From Vicinamibacteria bacterium (lineage in GTDB: Bacteria > Acidobacteriota > Vicinamibacteria > Marinacidobacterales > Marinacidobacteraceae), in contig OZ241322.1 of assembly GCA_965199715.1 (NCBI GenBank), positions 2,016,001 to 2,080,000 of the forward strand: 64,000 nt of DNA. Direction: 5' to 3'. Position 1 is the first letter of the stretch. Each line of letters opens with the position of its first letter. A model generated the notes under the pieces. The model saw nothing but the letters and a program-made list of their open reading frames with translations. It was not told where the DNA came from and searched no databases. A program made the position numbers and the translations under genes. Positions 37,974 to 47,369 of the stretch are shown piece by piece.

Positions 37974-38612
37974 TCAGAACAGCGCGGGCTGCCGCCGGAC
38001 CGCGTCCAGCAAGTCCGGCCCGTCGTTCCTCGGCGAGTTGACCCGCGCGCTCACCGGACGGACCCCGAATCCCGCCTTGGGGGTTCGGGCGAGGTCCAGG
38101 AGGCGCTCCGGAGCCGCGTCCGGGTCCAGCCACTCCGCGACCGCGTCGCCCGTGAGCGCCGCCGGTTGGCGGTGGTGGATTTCGGCGAGCGCCTCGCTGG
38201 CCCTCGTCGTGAGCACCGCGAAGGTTCCGCGCTCCTCGATTCCCGCCAGGAAGATCGGCGCTCCGCCGGCGTGGATGAAGTACGGCTGCTTCCGGCGCCA
38301 CTCGAACCATCCTCGGATCGGGGCCACGCATCGCGTCCGGCGGAAGGACTCCCGGAACGTCGCCTTGTGGTGCACGGTCTCGGCCCGGGCGTTGATCGGC
38401 GGCGGAATCCCGCTCGGCGGAACGGCCGGGACAAGCCCCCAGCGCAGCGTCCCGAGCGTCCGCCGACCCGAATCCGTCCGGCAAACGACGAAGTCCTGCC
38501 CGGGGCATCCGTTGTAGCGCCGCCGGAGCGACAGATCCGGGGCGGGAGCGCCCTCGAGGCAGGCTTCGGACAGCTCGTCGAGGTCGAAGTCCTGCGTCAT
38601 CCGTCCGCACAT
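37974..38612 (-). CDS. SOS response-associated peptidase (SRAP/YedK) family protein
   Basis: MCGR N-terminus, WGLVP, INARAET, EW, IHHRQP, VNS. Confidence 0.93.
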   Translation of the reverse strand: MCGRMTQDFDLDELSEACLEGAPAPDLSLRRRYNGCPGQDFVVCRTDSGRRTLGTLRWGLVPAVPPSGIPPPINARAETVHHKATFRESFRRTRCVAPIRGWFEWRRKQPYFIHAGGAPIFLAGIEERGTFAVLTTRASEALAEIHHRQPAALTGDAVAEWLDPDAAPERLLDLARTPKAGFGVRPVSARVNSPRNDGPDLLDAVRRQPALF

Positions 38613-38674
38613 GGCGGGGTCACCTTACGCCCTTCGGGGACCCGCGCTCTGTGCGAAACTACCCGCCGCGCCGG

Positions 38675-38747
<73 letters not shown>

Positions 38748-38755
38748 CCCCGGGC

Positions 38756-40444
38756 CTAATTCGGCTCCCGCGAATCCGCGGTCGAGGTCGTGAGCTGCCC
38801 GAGCGTGCGCACGTAATCGTTGATCCCGTCGGCGATGGCCGCCGAGATCTTGTCCCGGTACGCGGAGTCGCGCAGCAGCCGGGCCTCGGCGCGGTTGGAC
38901 ACGAACCCGAGCTCCAGCAGGATCGCCGGCATCCGCGCCCCGAGGAGGACGTGGAACCCGGCGGTCTTGACCCCCCGGTTGTGCGAGCTGCGGGGATTGT
39001 CGAGCAGCCGCTCGACCAGCGCGTCCTGCGCCGCGTTCGCGAGCGCCCGCGACTCCTCCAGCCGGTTGTTGTTCATGATCCGCTGGACGAGCTTCGGCAC
39101 GTCCGCCATGGGGACGCCGCCGGCCGAGGCGTTCTCCCGCGCCGCCACCGATTCGGCGTCGGGCGAGGTCGCGAAGTTCAGGTAGTAGGTCTCGACGCCG
39201 CGGGCGTTGCGGTTGCGGGCGGCGTTCACGTGGATCGACACGAACAGGTCCGCCTCGCCGCTGTTGGCGAGGAACGCGCGCTTCTCCAGCGGGATGAACA
39301 CGTCGGTCTCGCGGGTCATTACGACCTCGTAGCCGTCCGCTTCGAGCAGCTCCCGGACCCGCAGCGCCACGTCCAGCACGATGTCCTTTTCCCGCAGCGA
39401 TCCCGAGAGCGTCCCCGGATCCTTGCCCCCGTGCCCGGCGTCCAGAACGATCCGCCGCACCCCGGCGCCGAGCTGGCGCGCGATCGAGAAACCGTTCTCG
39501 GTCGGCTGCGCCGCCTCGGGAGCGGCGGCAGCGTCCTCGGGGGCCCTCGGGGGCGGGCGCGGCCTGGCTTCCGCCGTGACCACGGGCCGTTCGCCCTCGC
39601 TGTCCACGACCACCCGATACGGGTTCGGCAGCACGAAGACGTTCGTCTTGGTCACGCTGCCGAAGTCCAGCACCACCCGCACCACGTCTCCCTCGCGGGC
39701 GCCGACCCGGATGCGCGTCAGGTGCGATCCCTCGATCGGAAACACCCGCGCGGCCAGCTCCTCGGAAAGGCGGGCGCCGTGGAAGTCGAGGAACACCCGC
39801 TCCGGATCGGAGAGCTTCCCCTCCACGTGGGGAACCTCGCCGTCGAAGTCGATGACCACCCGGGTGTGCGAGTCGCCGACCCAGTGGCGCACGTCCAGCA
39901 CCGACCGGTGCGGGTTCGCCGGCACGATCGCCGGCGGGGCGGGGGCGGTCTCGACCGGCGGCGCGGGCGGATCGAGCGCCGCCGTCGCCCGCCGCCACGC
40001 CGGCGTTCCCGCCGCGATCCGCCGGCTCGCGCGTTCGGCCCGGGCGCGGTCGTCCAGCGGGTCGAGCCAGAGCTGGACCGTCTCGGCGAGCGCGTCCGGA
40101 ACCCACTTGCTCGACGGGTAGCCGTTCGTCAGCAGGGTGAAGGCGTTCACCGCCGAAACGGCGAGTTCCCGGCTCTCGAATCGATGGGCCGCCTCCCGCA
40201 GCAGGAGGCCCCGGCTGTGGAGCGCGTCGTCGCAGTAGCCGCTCCGGGGCCAGGTGCGCACGACCTTCTGGTACAGATCCGCCGCGTGCGTCCACTCCCG
40301 CCGCGACTCCATCCGGGACTCCGAGCCCCTCAGGCGCGCTTCCGCGGTCCGCGCCTCGTCGTACAGCTGCTTCGCCGGCTGGGCGGCCGCCGGCGCGGGG
40401 GCGAGGAGCGCCGCAACCAGCGCGAGCGATCCGCGGAACCTCAT
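38756..40444 (-). CDS. N-acetylmuramoyl-L-alanine amidase with TPR-like and AMIN domains
   Basis: LDAGHGGKDPG, FVSIHVNA, ILLELGFVSN; two RVVID/RVVLD AMIN-like segments. Confidence 0.95.
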   Translation of the reverse strand: MRFRGSLALVAALLAPAPAAAQPAKQLYDEARTAEARLRGSESRMESRREWTHAADLYQKVVRTWPRSGYCDDALHSRGLLLREAAHRFESRELAVSAVNAFTLLTNGYPSSKWVPDALAETVQLWLDPLDDRARAERASRRIAAGTPAWRRATAALDPPAPPVETAPAPPAIVPANPHRSVLDVRHWVGDSHTRVVIDFDGEVPHVEGKLSDPERVFLDFHGARLSEELAARVFPIEGSHLTRIRVGAREGDVVRVVLDFGSVTKTNVFVLPNPYRVVVDSEGERPVVTAEARPRPPPRAPEDAAAAPEAAQPTENGFSIARQLGAGVRRIVLDAGHGGKDPGTLSGSLREKDIVLDVALRVRELLEADGYEVVMTRETDVFIPLEKRAFLANSGEADLFVSIHVNAARNRNARGVETYYLNFATSPDAESVAARENASAGGVPMADVPKLVQRIMNNNRLEESRALANAAQDALVERLLDNPRSSHNRGVKTAGFHVLLGARMPAILLELGFVSNRAEARLLRDSAYRDKISAAIADGINDYVRTLGQLTTSTADSREPN

Positions 40445-42678
40445 GGCTGCACCAGAACTTCGCGGGCCTGGGCCCCGCGCTGCGGGCCGACCACGCCCTG
40501 ACGCTCGAGCGCCGCGACGATCCGCCGCGAACGCTGGTATCCCAGTCCGAGTTCGGTCTGGAGCATCGACGTGGAGGCCTTCCGCTCCCGTACGAAGATG
40601 TCCCGCGCCGCCGGAAGCATCTCGTCTTCCTTCCGATCGCCGCCCACAGCCGGCGCCGCCGCTCCGTTCGTTCCCGCCGCCTCCGGACCGTCGAGGCTCT
40701 CCAGCATCCCGTCGTCGAACGCCGGCTCGCCTGCCTTGGCCCAAAAGCGCGTGAGCTGCTTCACTTCCTTCTCGGTCACGAACGCGCCCTGCGCCCGCGG
40801 CATCTCGGCTCCGCCGCGCATCATGAGCATGTCTCCCTTGCCGATGAGGTGTTCGGCCCCGCTGCGGTCGAGGATCACCTTGGAATCCACTTGGGTCGCC
40901 ACGCGGAAGGCGATCCGGGAGGGAAGGTTGGCCTTCAGGGTCCCGCTGATGACGTCGGTCGAGGGGCGCTGGGTGGCGAGCACGAGATGGATGCCCTCGG
41001 CGCGCCCCAGCGCCAGCAGGCGCTGGATCGCGGGGGTCACCTCGGCCCGCGCATGCGCGAACAGATCCTGGAGCTCGTCGATCACGACCACGAGCCGCGA
41101 CAGCGGCTCCGGCAGCTCCTCGTCCGCACCGCGCTTGTGCGCCTGCGCCTCGCCGAGGCTGCGCACGTACTGGTTGTAGCCGGTGATGTTGCGCACCCTA
41201 GCCTCCTCGAGGAGGCGCATCCGCCGATCCATCTCCCGGCACGCCCGCAGCAGCACGATCTTCGCCTTCTCCGGGTCCTTGATGAGCGGAGTCAGCAGGT
41301 GGGGGATCGACTCGTAGGGCTGCAGCTCCATCCGTTTCATGTCCACGAGGATCAGCCGCAGCTCGTCCGGAGTCCGGCGGTACAGCAGCGAGCAGAGCAG
41401 CGCGTTGAGCAGCACCGACTTTCCCGCGCCGGTGGCCCCGGCCACGAGCAGGTGCGGCATCTCCACCAGATCGCGGACCAGCGGCCGGCCGTCCACCAGC
41501 CGGCCGACCGCGATCGGCAGCTCCCCGCTCTCCTCGGCGAACGCCGGATCCTCGAGAAGTTCCCGCAGGCCGACCATCGCCGGATCCTCGTTCGGAACCT
41601 CGACCCCGACGACGTCGCGTCCCCGGACCCGCTCCACTCGGATGCTCGGCGCCCTGAGCGCCATGCAGATTTCCTCGCGCAGGCCCTGAAGCCGCTTCAG
41701 CGCCTGTCCTTCGCCCAACCGATACTCGAACGTGGTCACGACCGGCCCGGGCTGGATCTGCACGACCTCTCCCCGGACCCGGTGCTGCTCGCACGCCTCC
41801 TCGAGCGCCATCCGGCGCGCCGCCAGGAGCTTCCGGGACGGACCCGGCTGGTGCGCGCGGCGAGTGAAAATCCGGATCGAGGGCAGCTTCCAGTCGCCGC
41901 TTCCGGCCTCGTCCGGCTTCGGGTTCCCGAGCGGCAGGGTCCGCGGTCGCGTCCGCTTGCGGCTCCGCTTCGGCGCAGCCGCCGGCGCCGCGACGGCAGG
42001 CGCCCGCGGGGGCTTCCGGCGCCTCTGGATGCGGGCGACGAACCGCCGCGCGGTCTCCTCGCGCTCGCGCCGCCGCCGCATCGCCCCGATCCAGCGCCGC
42101 GTCCAGGCGACCGGCCGGAAGCGGAACGTTTCGGGCGCCTCCGTCGCGGCCCGTCCGAACCCGCGGAACGCCCCGGCCGCGATCACCGCGAAGGCGGTGA
42201 GCGTCACTCCGGTCCCGACCTCGCCCATGGCGCTCGCGAGGCCGCGCTGGAGCAGCGCTCCTAGATACCCGCCCCATGGGATCTGCGCGGTCGCGACGCT
42301 CCCGAACCGGGCCTGCGCGAGCCCGAGAAGCCCGGCGACGCTGACGACCAGGCTGGCGACGAGGAGCGCCCGCACGCCGGCCGCCGGCGGCTCGGCCTCC
42401 CCGGTCGGGCGCAACCGGCGGATTCCGCCGAGGAGCATCAGGATGGGGACGACCACCGCGACCGCGCCGACGAGCTGGAAGGCGATTTCGGCGACGAGGG
42501 CGCCGGTCGGTCCGAGCAGGTTGGACGTGACCGGATCGCCGGCGCTCAGCAGCGGCACCGGGTCGTCGGGCGACCACGACGCCAGCGCGAGGGCGAAGAG
42601 CGCGCCGCCGGCGACCAACGCGACGCCGGCCGCGAAGCGGTGTCCGAACCCAGCCTTAACCGCTGGCCAGACCGACAC
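40441..42678 (-). CDS. ftsK: DNA translocase FtsK
   Basis: N-terminal TMs; MPHLLVAGATGAGKS, IDE, ATQRPS, GAEHLIGKGDML; gamma domain. Confidence 0.96.
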   Translation of the reverse strand: MSVWPAVKAGFGHRFAAGVALVAGGALFALALASWSPDDPVPLLSAGDPVTSNLLGPTGALVAEIAFQLVGAVAVVVPILMLLGGIRRLRPTGEAEPPAAGVRALLVASLVVSVAGLLGLAQARFGSVATAQIPWGGYLGALLQRGLASAMGEVGTGVTLTAFAVIAAGAFRGFGRAATEAPETFRFRPVAWTRRWIGAMRRRREREETARRFVARIQRRRKPPRAPAVAAPAAAPKRSRKRTRPRTLPLGNPKPDEAGSGDWKLPSIRIFTRRAHQPGPSRKLLAARRMALEEACEQHRVRGEVVQIQPGPVVTTFEYRLGEGQALKRLQGLREEICMALRAPSIRVERVRGRDVVGVEVPNEDPAMVGLRELLEDPAFAEESGELPIAVGRLVDGRPLVRDLVEMPHLLVAGATGAGKSVLLNALLCSLLYRRTPDELRLILVDMKRMELQPYESIPHLLTPLIKDPEKAKIVLLRACREMDRRMRLLEEARVRNITGYNQYVRSLGEAQAHKRGADEELPEPLSRLVVVIDELQDLFAHARAEVTPAIQRLLALGRAEGIHLVLATQRPSTDVISGTLKANLPSRIAFRVATQVDSKVILDRSGAEHLIGKGDMLMMRGGAEMPRAQGAFVTEKEVKQLTRFWAKAGEPAFDDGMLESLDGPEAAGTNGAAAPAVGGDRKEDEMLPAARDIFVRERKASTSMLQTELGLGYQRSRRIVAALERQGVVGPQRGAQAREVLVQP

Positions 42679-43471
42679 CGATCCCCCCCGCCGCGAGGCA
42701 GTACCAGCCGAAGGCGTGGAAGCGTTCCCGCGTCAGCGCCGAGAACACCCAGCGCAGCGCGAGCAGTCCGAATCCGAACGCGGCGGCGAACCCGACCGCG
42801 AGCTCGGGCGCGGCGCCCGTCCACGCCGCGGTCCGCGTCGCGTGGAGCGTCTCGAGCGTCGCCGCTCCGAGGATCACCGGCGCGGACAGCAGGAAGCTGA
42901 AGCGGGCGGCGTCCGCCCCGCCGAGTCCGGCGAGCCGCCCGGTCACGATGGTGATTCCCGAACGGGAGATCCCGGGAAAGATCGCGACCGCCTGCGCCGC
43001 CCCGATGACGAGCGCGTCCCGAACCCCGCGGGGCAGGCGCGGCAGCGCACGCTCGGTTTCGCCGCCCGACGTCCGCTTTCCGGCGAGGAGCAGCAGCGCG
43101 CCGGTGCCCAGCAGGCCGAGCCCGGCGAAGCCGGCGTCGCCGAAGGCGGTGCGGATGACCCCGGCGAGGAGGAAGCCCACCACGATCGCCGGGACCGAGC
43201 CGACGGACAGCAGGACGAGCAGCCGCCGGCTCTCGGGCGGGCCGGAAGGGCCAAGGCCGCGCAGCAGCGTCCGAAGCTCGCGGCGCAGCCAGATCGTCGC
43301 GGCGGCGAGCGTTCCCAGATGCACGACCGCCTCGAACAGAATCCCGGGAGTGGAGACAGCCCCTTCGGGAAGCAGCGCCTCGGCGAGCACGAGGTGTCCG
43401 GAACTCGAGACCGGCAGGAACTCGGTAAGGCCCTGAAGTGTTCCGAGCAGCAGCGCCGCGAGGATTTCCAT
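42656..43471 (-). CDS. uppP: Undecaprenyl-diphosphate phosphatase
   Basis: QGLTEFLPVSSSGH, PGISRSG, ARFSFLL. Confidence 0.96.
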   Translation of the reverse strand: MEILAALLLGTLQGLTEFLPVSSSGHLVLAEALLPEGAVSTPGILFEAVVHLGTLAAATIWLRRELRTLLRGLGPSGPPESRRLLVLLSVGSVPAIVVGFLLAGVIRTAFGDAGFAGLGLLGTGALLLLAGKRTSGGETERALPRLPRGVRDALVIGAAQAVAIFPGISRSGITIVTGRLAGLGGADAARFSFLLSAPVILGAATLETLHATRTAAWTGAAPELAVGFAAAFGFGLLALRWVFSALTRERFHAFGWYCLAAGGIGVGLASG

Positions 43472-43521
43472 GACGTGTTTATCCCGCTATTCCCCGTGTT
43501 TAGGCTATCAACCCTAAAGTA

Positions 43522-44364
43522 ATGCCGCAAGAATTGGAGACGCCGTTCTTCCCCACCCGCGCCCGGGGCCAGAACTTTCTGCACGACCGGGGAGCGGCGC
43601 GGCGCTTCGCGCTCGCCGCGCTCGGCGACGCGCCGCCGGAGTCCGTCGTCGAGATCGGTCCGGGGAAGGGGGCGCTGACGGTTCCGCTGCTCGAGGCCGG
43701 GGCGCGCGTGCTCGGGGTCGAGCTGGACGGTCGCCTCGCCCGGGTCGCTCGGGAGCGCGCGGACCGGCTCGGCTTCGGGGAACGGCTCCGGATCGTCGAG
43801 GGCGACGTCCTCCGGCTCGACCTGGCCGGGACGCTTCGCGACGCCGGGATCGAGCCGCCAGCGCCGCTCGTCGGGAACTTGCCGTTTTCCGTGGCGTCGG
43901 TGCTGTTGCTGCGGCTCCTGCCCGACGGCGCGCCGCTGTTCGCCCCGATGACGCTCTCGTTCCAGCGCGAGGTGGCGGCCCGCGTGACCGCCGCTCCCGG
44001 CGACCCCGACTACGGGGCGCTCAGCGTGGTCGTCGGACAGGCGCTCGTCGCCGATTCATGTTTCCGCATCCACCCGGCCGCGTTCCGCCCGCGTCCCCGG
44101 GTCGTGGCCGAGGTCGTGAAGCTGACCCCCCGACCCGACCCGCCGGACGCGGGCGATCCCGACCGCTTCCGCCGGCTCGTGCGCGGGCTGTTCGCCCACC
44201 GCCGAAAGACGCTGCGGAACTGCATCCTCCGGCTTCCCGACCGGGAGCTCGGGGAGCGGGTGGAGGCGGCCCGGAACGAGCTCGGCATCGACCCCGAACT
44301 GCGGCCGGATCAGCTTGCGGTCGAGGCGTTCGCGGCGATTTCGAGGCTCGCATCCCCGTGTTAG
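43522..44364 (+). CDS. rsmA: 16S rRNA adenine dimethyltransferase
   Basis: GQNFL, EIGPGKGALT, GNLPF, QREVA, F.PRPRV, RRKTLRN. Confidence 0.93.
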   Translation: MPQELETPFFPTRARGQNFLHDRGAARRFALAALGDAPPESVVEIGPGKGALTVPLLEAGARVLGVELDGRLARVARERADRLGFGERLRIVEGDVLRLDLAGTLRDAGIEPPAPLVGNLPFSVASVLLLRLLPDGAPLFAPMTLSFQREVAARVTAAPGDPDYGALSVVVGQALVADSCFRIHPAAFRPRPRVVAEVVKLTPRPDPPDAGDPDRFRRLVRGLFAHRRKTLRNCILRLPDRELGERVEAARNELGIDPELRPDQLAVEAFAAISRLASPC

Positions 44365-44379
44365 TCTCCGCCCCGGCGC

Positions 44380-45336
44380 ATGCCCGCGGAAGCCTCCCGA
44401 ATCCTCATCGTGGGCAGCGGCCCCGCCGGATACACCGCGGCGCTGTACGCCGCCAGGGCTGAGCTAAAGCCGGTCCTGCTCGCCGGGTCCGGCCTCGATC
44501 CGGACATCGGGCTCCCCGGCGGCCAACTCATGCTTACGACCGACGTGGAGAACTATCCCGGCTTCCCCGACGGGGTCACCGGGGCCGAGATGATGGACCT
44601 GTTCCGCCGCCAGGCGGAGCGTTTCGGGACCGAGATCCACCAGGTGGACGCCACCCGGGTGGACCTGTCCTCGCGCCCGTTCCGGGTCGAGACCGAGGAG
44701 CGCCGGTTCGCCGCCGACGCCCTGATCGCCGCGACCGGCGCCCGCGCCCGCTGGCTCGGCCTGCCGTCCGAGCAGGCGTTCCTGAACCGCGGGGTCTCCG
44801 CCTGCGCGACCTGCGACGGCGCGCTGTACCGGGGAAGCGAGATCGCCGTCGTCGGCGGCGGCGACACCGCGATGGAGGAGGCGCTGTTTCTCACCCGGTT
44901 CGCCACGACCGTCCACGTCATCCACCGGCGCGACGCGCTGCGGGCTTCGCGGATCATGGCCCGCCGCGCCATGGCCCACCCGAAGATCCGCTTCGTGTGG
45001 GATTCGGTGGTCGAGGAAGTCGTCGGCGACGACGACGGCGTGACCGGGTTGAAGCTGAAGAACGTCCGCACGGGCGCCCCATCCGGGCTGGACGTCGGAG
45101 CGCTCTTCCTCGCCATCGGGCACGTCCCGAACACCGAGCTGTTCACCGGGAAGCTGGATCTCGATCCGGTCGGCTACATTCGCGTGCGGCCGGGGACGAC
45201 GAACACCTCGGTCGAGGGGGTGTTCGCGTGCGGCGACGTCATGGATCCCACGTGGCGCCAGGCGGTGACCGCCGCCGGAACCGGCTGCATGGCGGCCATC
45301 GCCAGCGAGCGGTGGCTCGCCGAACAGGAATCATGA
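44380..45336 (+). CDS. trxB: Thioredoxin-disulfide reductase
   Basis: GSGPAGYTAA, CATCDG, GGGDTAMEEA, FACGDV. Confidence 0.97.
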   Translation: MPAEASRILIVGSGPAGYTAALYAARAELKPVLLAGSGLDPDIGLPGGQLMLTTDVENYPGFPDGVTGAEMMDLFRRQAERFGTEIHQVDATRVDLSSRPFRVETEERRFAADALIAATGARARWLGLPSEQAFLNRGVSACATCDGALYRGSEIAVVGGGDTAMEEALFLTRFATTVHVIHRRDALRASRIMARRAMAHPKIRFVWDSVVEEVVGDDDGVTGLKLKNVRTGAPSGLDVGALFLAIGHVPNTELFTGKLDLDPVGYIRVRPGTTNTSVEGVFACGDVMDPTWRQAVTAAGTGCMAAIASERWLAEQES

Positions 45337-45833
45337 GACCCCGACCCGCGCTCGTCCTCCTCGGCTTCCTTCTCCTCGGCGCCCAACCCCGGGGGGTGAT
45401 CGGGGAGCTCGCTCCCGACGTGGAGCTGCCCGCGCTCGACGGCGAACCGGTCTCGCTGCGCGGATTCCCCGGCAAGGTCGTGGTGTACGACTTCTGGGCG
45501 GTGTGGTGCGGTCCCTGTGAGGACTCGCTGCCGTTCTACCAGGATCTCCAGGATCGGTACGGGGACGACGGCCTCGTCGTGGTCGGGCTCCACGTGGACG
45601 ACCGCATCCCGCCGATCGAGGAGGTCCGCGCCTACATGGAGAAGCACGGCGTCAGCTACCTGAACGTCATCTCCAGCGCCGAGGCCGACGAGGCCTTCCG
45701 GATCTTCGCCATGCCGACGACCTACATCACCGACCGGGACGGCGTCATCCAGGTGCGCCACATCGGGTTCAACCCGGAACGCACGCCCGCGCGCCTCGAA
45801 GAGGAAGTGCGGGATCTGCTCGGCCTCGAATAG
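45333..45833 (+). CDS. TlpA family disulfide reductase
   Basis: DFWAVWCGPC, MPTTY; signal peptide. Confidence 0.9.
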   Translation: MRPRPALVLLGFLLLGAQPRGVIGELAPDVELPALDGEPVSLRGFPGKVVVYDFWAVWCGPCEDSLPFYQDLQDRYGDDGLVVVGLHVDDRIPPIEEVRAYMEKHGVSYLNVISSAEADEAFRIFAMPTTYITDRDGVIQVRHIGFNPERTPARLEEEVRDLLGLE

Positions 45834-45861
45834 GCGCGGGCGGAAGCCGGGCGGGAGGCGG

Positions 45862-47142
45862 ATGCCCGGACTCGCGGTCGTCGGCACCCAGTGGGGGGAC
45901 GAGGGCAAGGGCAAGTTCGTGGATCTGCTGGCGCCGCGCTTCCACAGCGTGGTCCGGTTCGGCGGGGGCCACAACGCCGGCCACACGGTGGTCGTCGGCG
46001 GCCGCTCGGTGATCCTCCACCTGCTCCCGTCGGCGGTCCTGCATGAGGGAGTGCGCTCGATCGTCGGGAACGGCTGCGTCGTGGATCCCACGGCGCTTCT
46101 GGACGAGATGGCGAGCCTGAGGGCGGCCGGGCTCGCCCCCGAACGGGATCTGGTGCTCTCCGACCGGGCGCAGATCATCCTCCCCATCCACCGCGAGGTC
46201 GAGGCGTACGAGGAGACCTGGCTGGGCGGGCGCCGGATCGGCACCACGGGGCGGGGCATCGGTCCGGCGTACGAGGACAAGGCGGGCCGCCGGGGGCTGC
46301 GCCTCGGCGATCTGCGCTACCCCGAGAACCGGGATCTCCGCCTCGCGCACCTGATCGGATTCCGCGCCCGCCTGCTGGAGTGGGACGCGGCCCGCCGGGA
46401 CGCCGAAATCCGGGAGACGCGGGCGCTCCTCGACGACTTCGCCGCGCGCATCCTGCCGCTGGTCCAGGACACGTCGCTGCTGATCCACGAGACGCTCGCG
46501 GCGGGGCGCGACGTTCTCTTCGAGGGCGCGCAGGCGGCGCTATTGGACGTGGACCACGGGACGTATCCGTTCGTGACCTCGGGAAGCGCGGTTGCCGGGG
46601 CGGCCGCCGTCGGCGCCGGCGTGGGGCCGCAAGCGGTCGCTCGCGTGCTCGGCGTGGCGAAGGCGTACCAGACCCGCGTCGGGGAGGGGCCTTTGCCGAC
46701 CGCGATGGAGGGTCCGGTCGGACGCGCGATCCAGGAGCGCGGGCGCGAGTTCGGCGCGACGACCGGGCGCCCGCGCCGCTGCGGCTGGTTCGACGGCGTG
46801 GTGCTCCGCTACGCGCGCCGGGTCAACGGGATCGACGAGCTCGCGATCACCAAGCTGGACGTCCTCGACGGGCTGCCCGAAATCCGGGTCGGCGTGGGCT
46901 ACCGGCTGGACGGCGAGCCGGTGGCCGAGTTCCCCGGCGAGCACGGCGCCCTCGCCCGCTGCGAGCCCGAGTTCCGCGTCCTGCCGGGCTGGGACCGGCC
47001 CTGCCGGGGCGTCCGCCGGCTCGCCGACCTGGCGCCCGAGGCGCGCGCCTACCTCGACGCCGTCGAGGAATTCGTGGGCGTTCCCATCACCATGGTCTCG
47101 ACGGGTCCCGACCGCGCCGACTCCATCTTTCGGACCGGCTGA
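45862..47142 (+). CDS. purA: Adenylosuccinate synthetase
   Basis: QWGDEGKGK, GHT, GTYPFVTS, TTGRPRRCGWFD, TKLDVL. Confidence 0.98.
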   Translation: MPGLAVVGTQWGDEGKGKFVDLLAPRFHSVVRFGGGHNAGHTVVVGGRSVILHLLPSAVLHEGVRSIVGNGCVVDPTALLDEMASLRAAGLAPERDLVLSDRAQIILPIHREVEAYEETWLGGRRIGTTGRGIGPAYEDKAGRRGLRLGDLRYPENRDLRLAHLIGFRARLLEWDAARRDAEIRETRALLDDFAARILPLVQDTSLLIHETLAAGRDVLFEGAQAALLDVDHGTYPFVTSGSAVAGAAAVGAGVGPQAVARVLGVAKAYQTRVGEGPLPTAMEGPVGRAIQERGREFGATTGRPRRCGWFDGVVLRYARRVNGIDELAITKLDVLDGLPEIRVGVGYRLDGEPVAEFPGEHGALARCEPEFRVLPGWDRPCRGVRRLADLAPEARAYLDAVEEFVGVPITMVSTGPDRADSIFRTG

Positions 47143-47177
47143 GCGCCCGACCGGGCTGCTAGAATTTCGGGTTCGCC

Positions 47178-47250
47178 GGGCCGTTAGCTCAGTCGGCAGA
47201 GCGCTCGCCTTTTAAGCGAGATGTCGCAGGTTCGAAACCTGCACGGCCTA
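47178..47250 (+). tRNA. tRNA-Lys(TTT)
   Basis: Acceptor GGGCCGT/ACGGCCT; CTCGC-CTTTTAA-GCGAG; GGTTCGAAACC; TGCTAGAAT promoter-like motif upstream. Confidence 0.97.
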
Positions 47251-47259
47251 CCCCTTCGG

Positions 47260-47332
47260 GTCCCCATCGTCTAGCGGTCCAGGACATCGCCCTTTCACGG
47301 CGAAAACACGGGTTCGAGTCCCGTTGGGGACG
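47260..47332 (+). tRNA. tRNA-Glu(TTC)
   Basis: Acceptor GTCCCCA/TGGGGAC; TCGCC-CTTTCAC-GGCGA; GGTTCGAGTCC. Confidence 0.97.
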
Positions 47333-47369
47333 CGCCTGAGCGACTCCCGATCCACCGCACCGCCCCGTC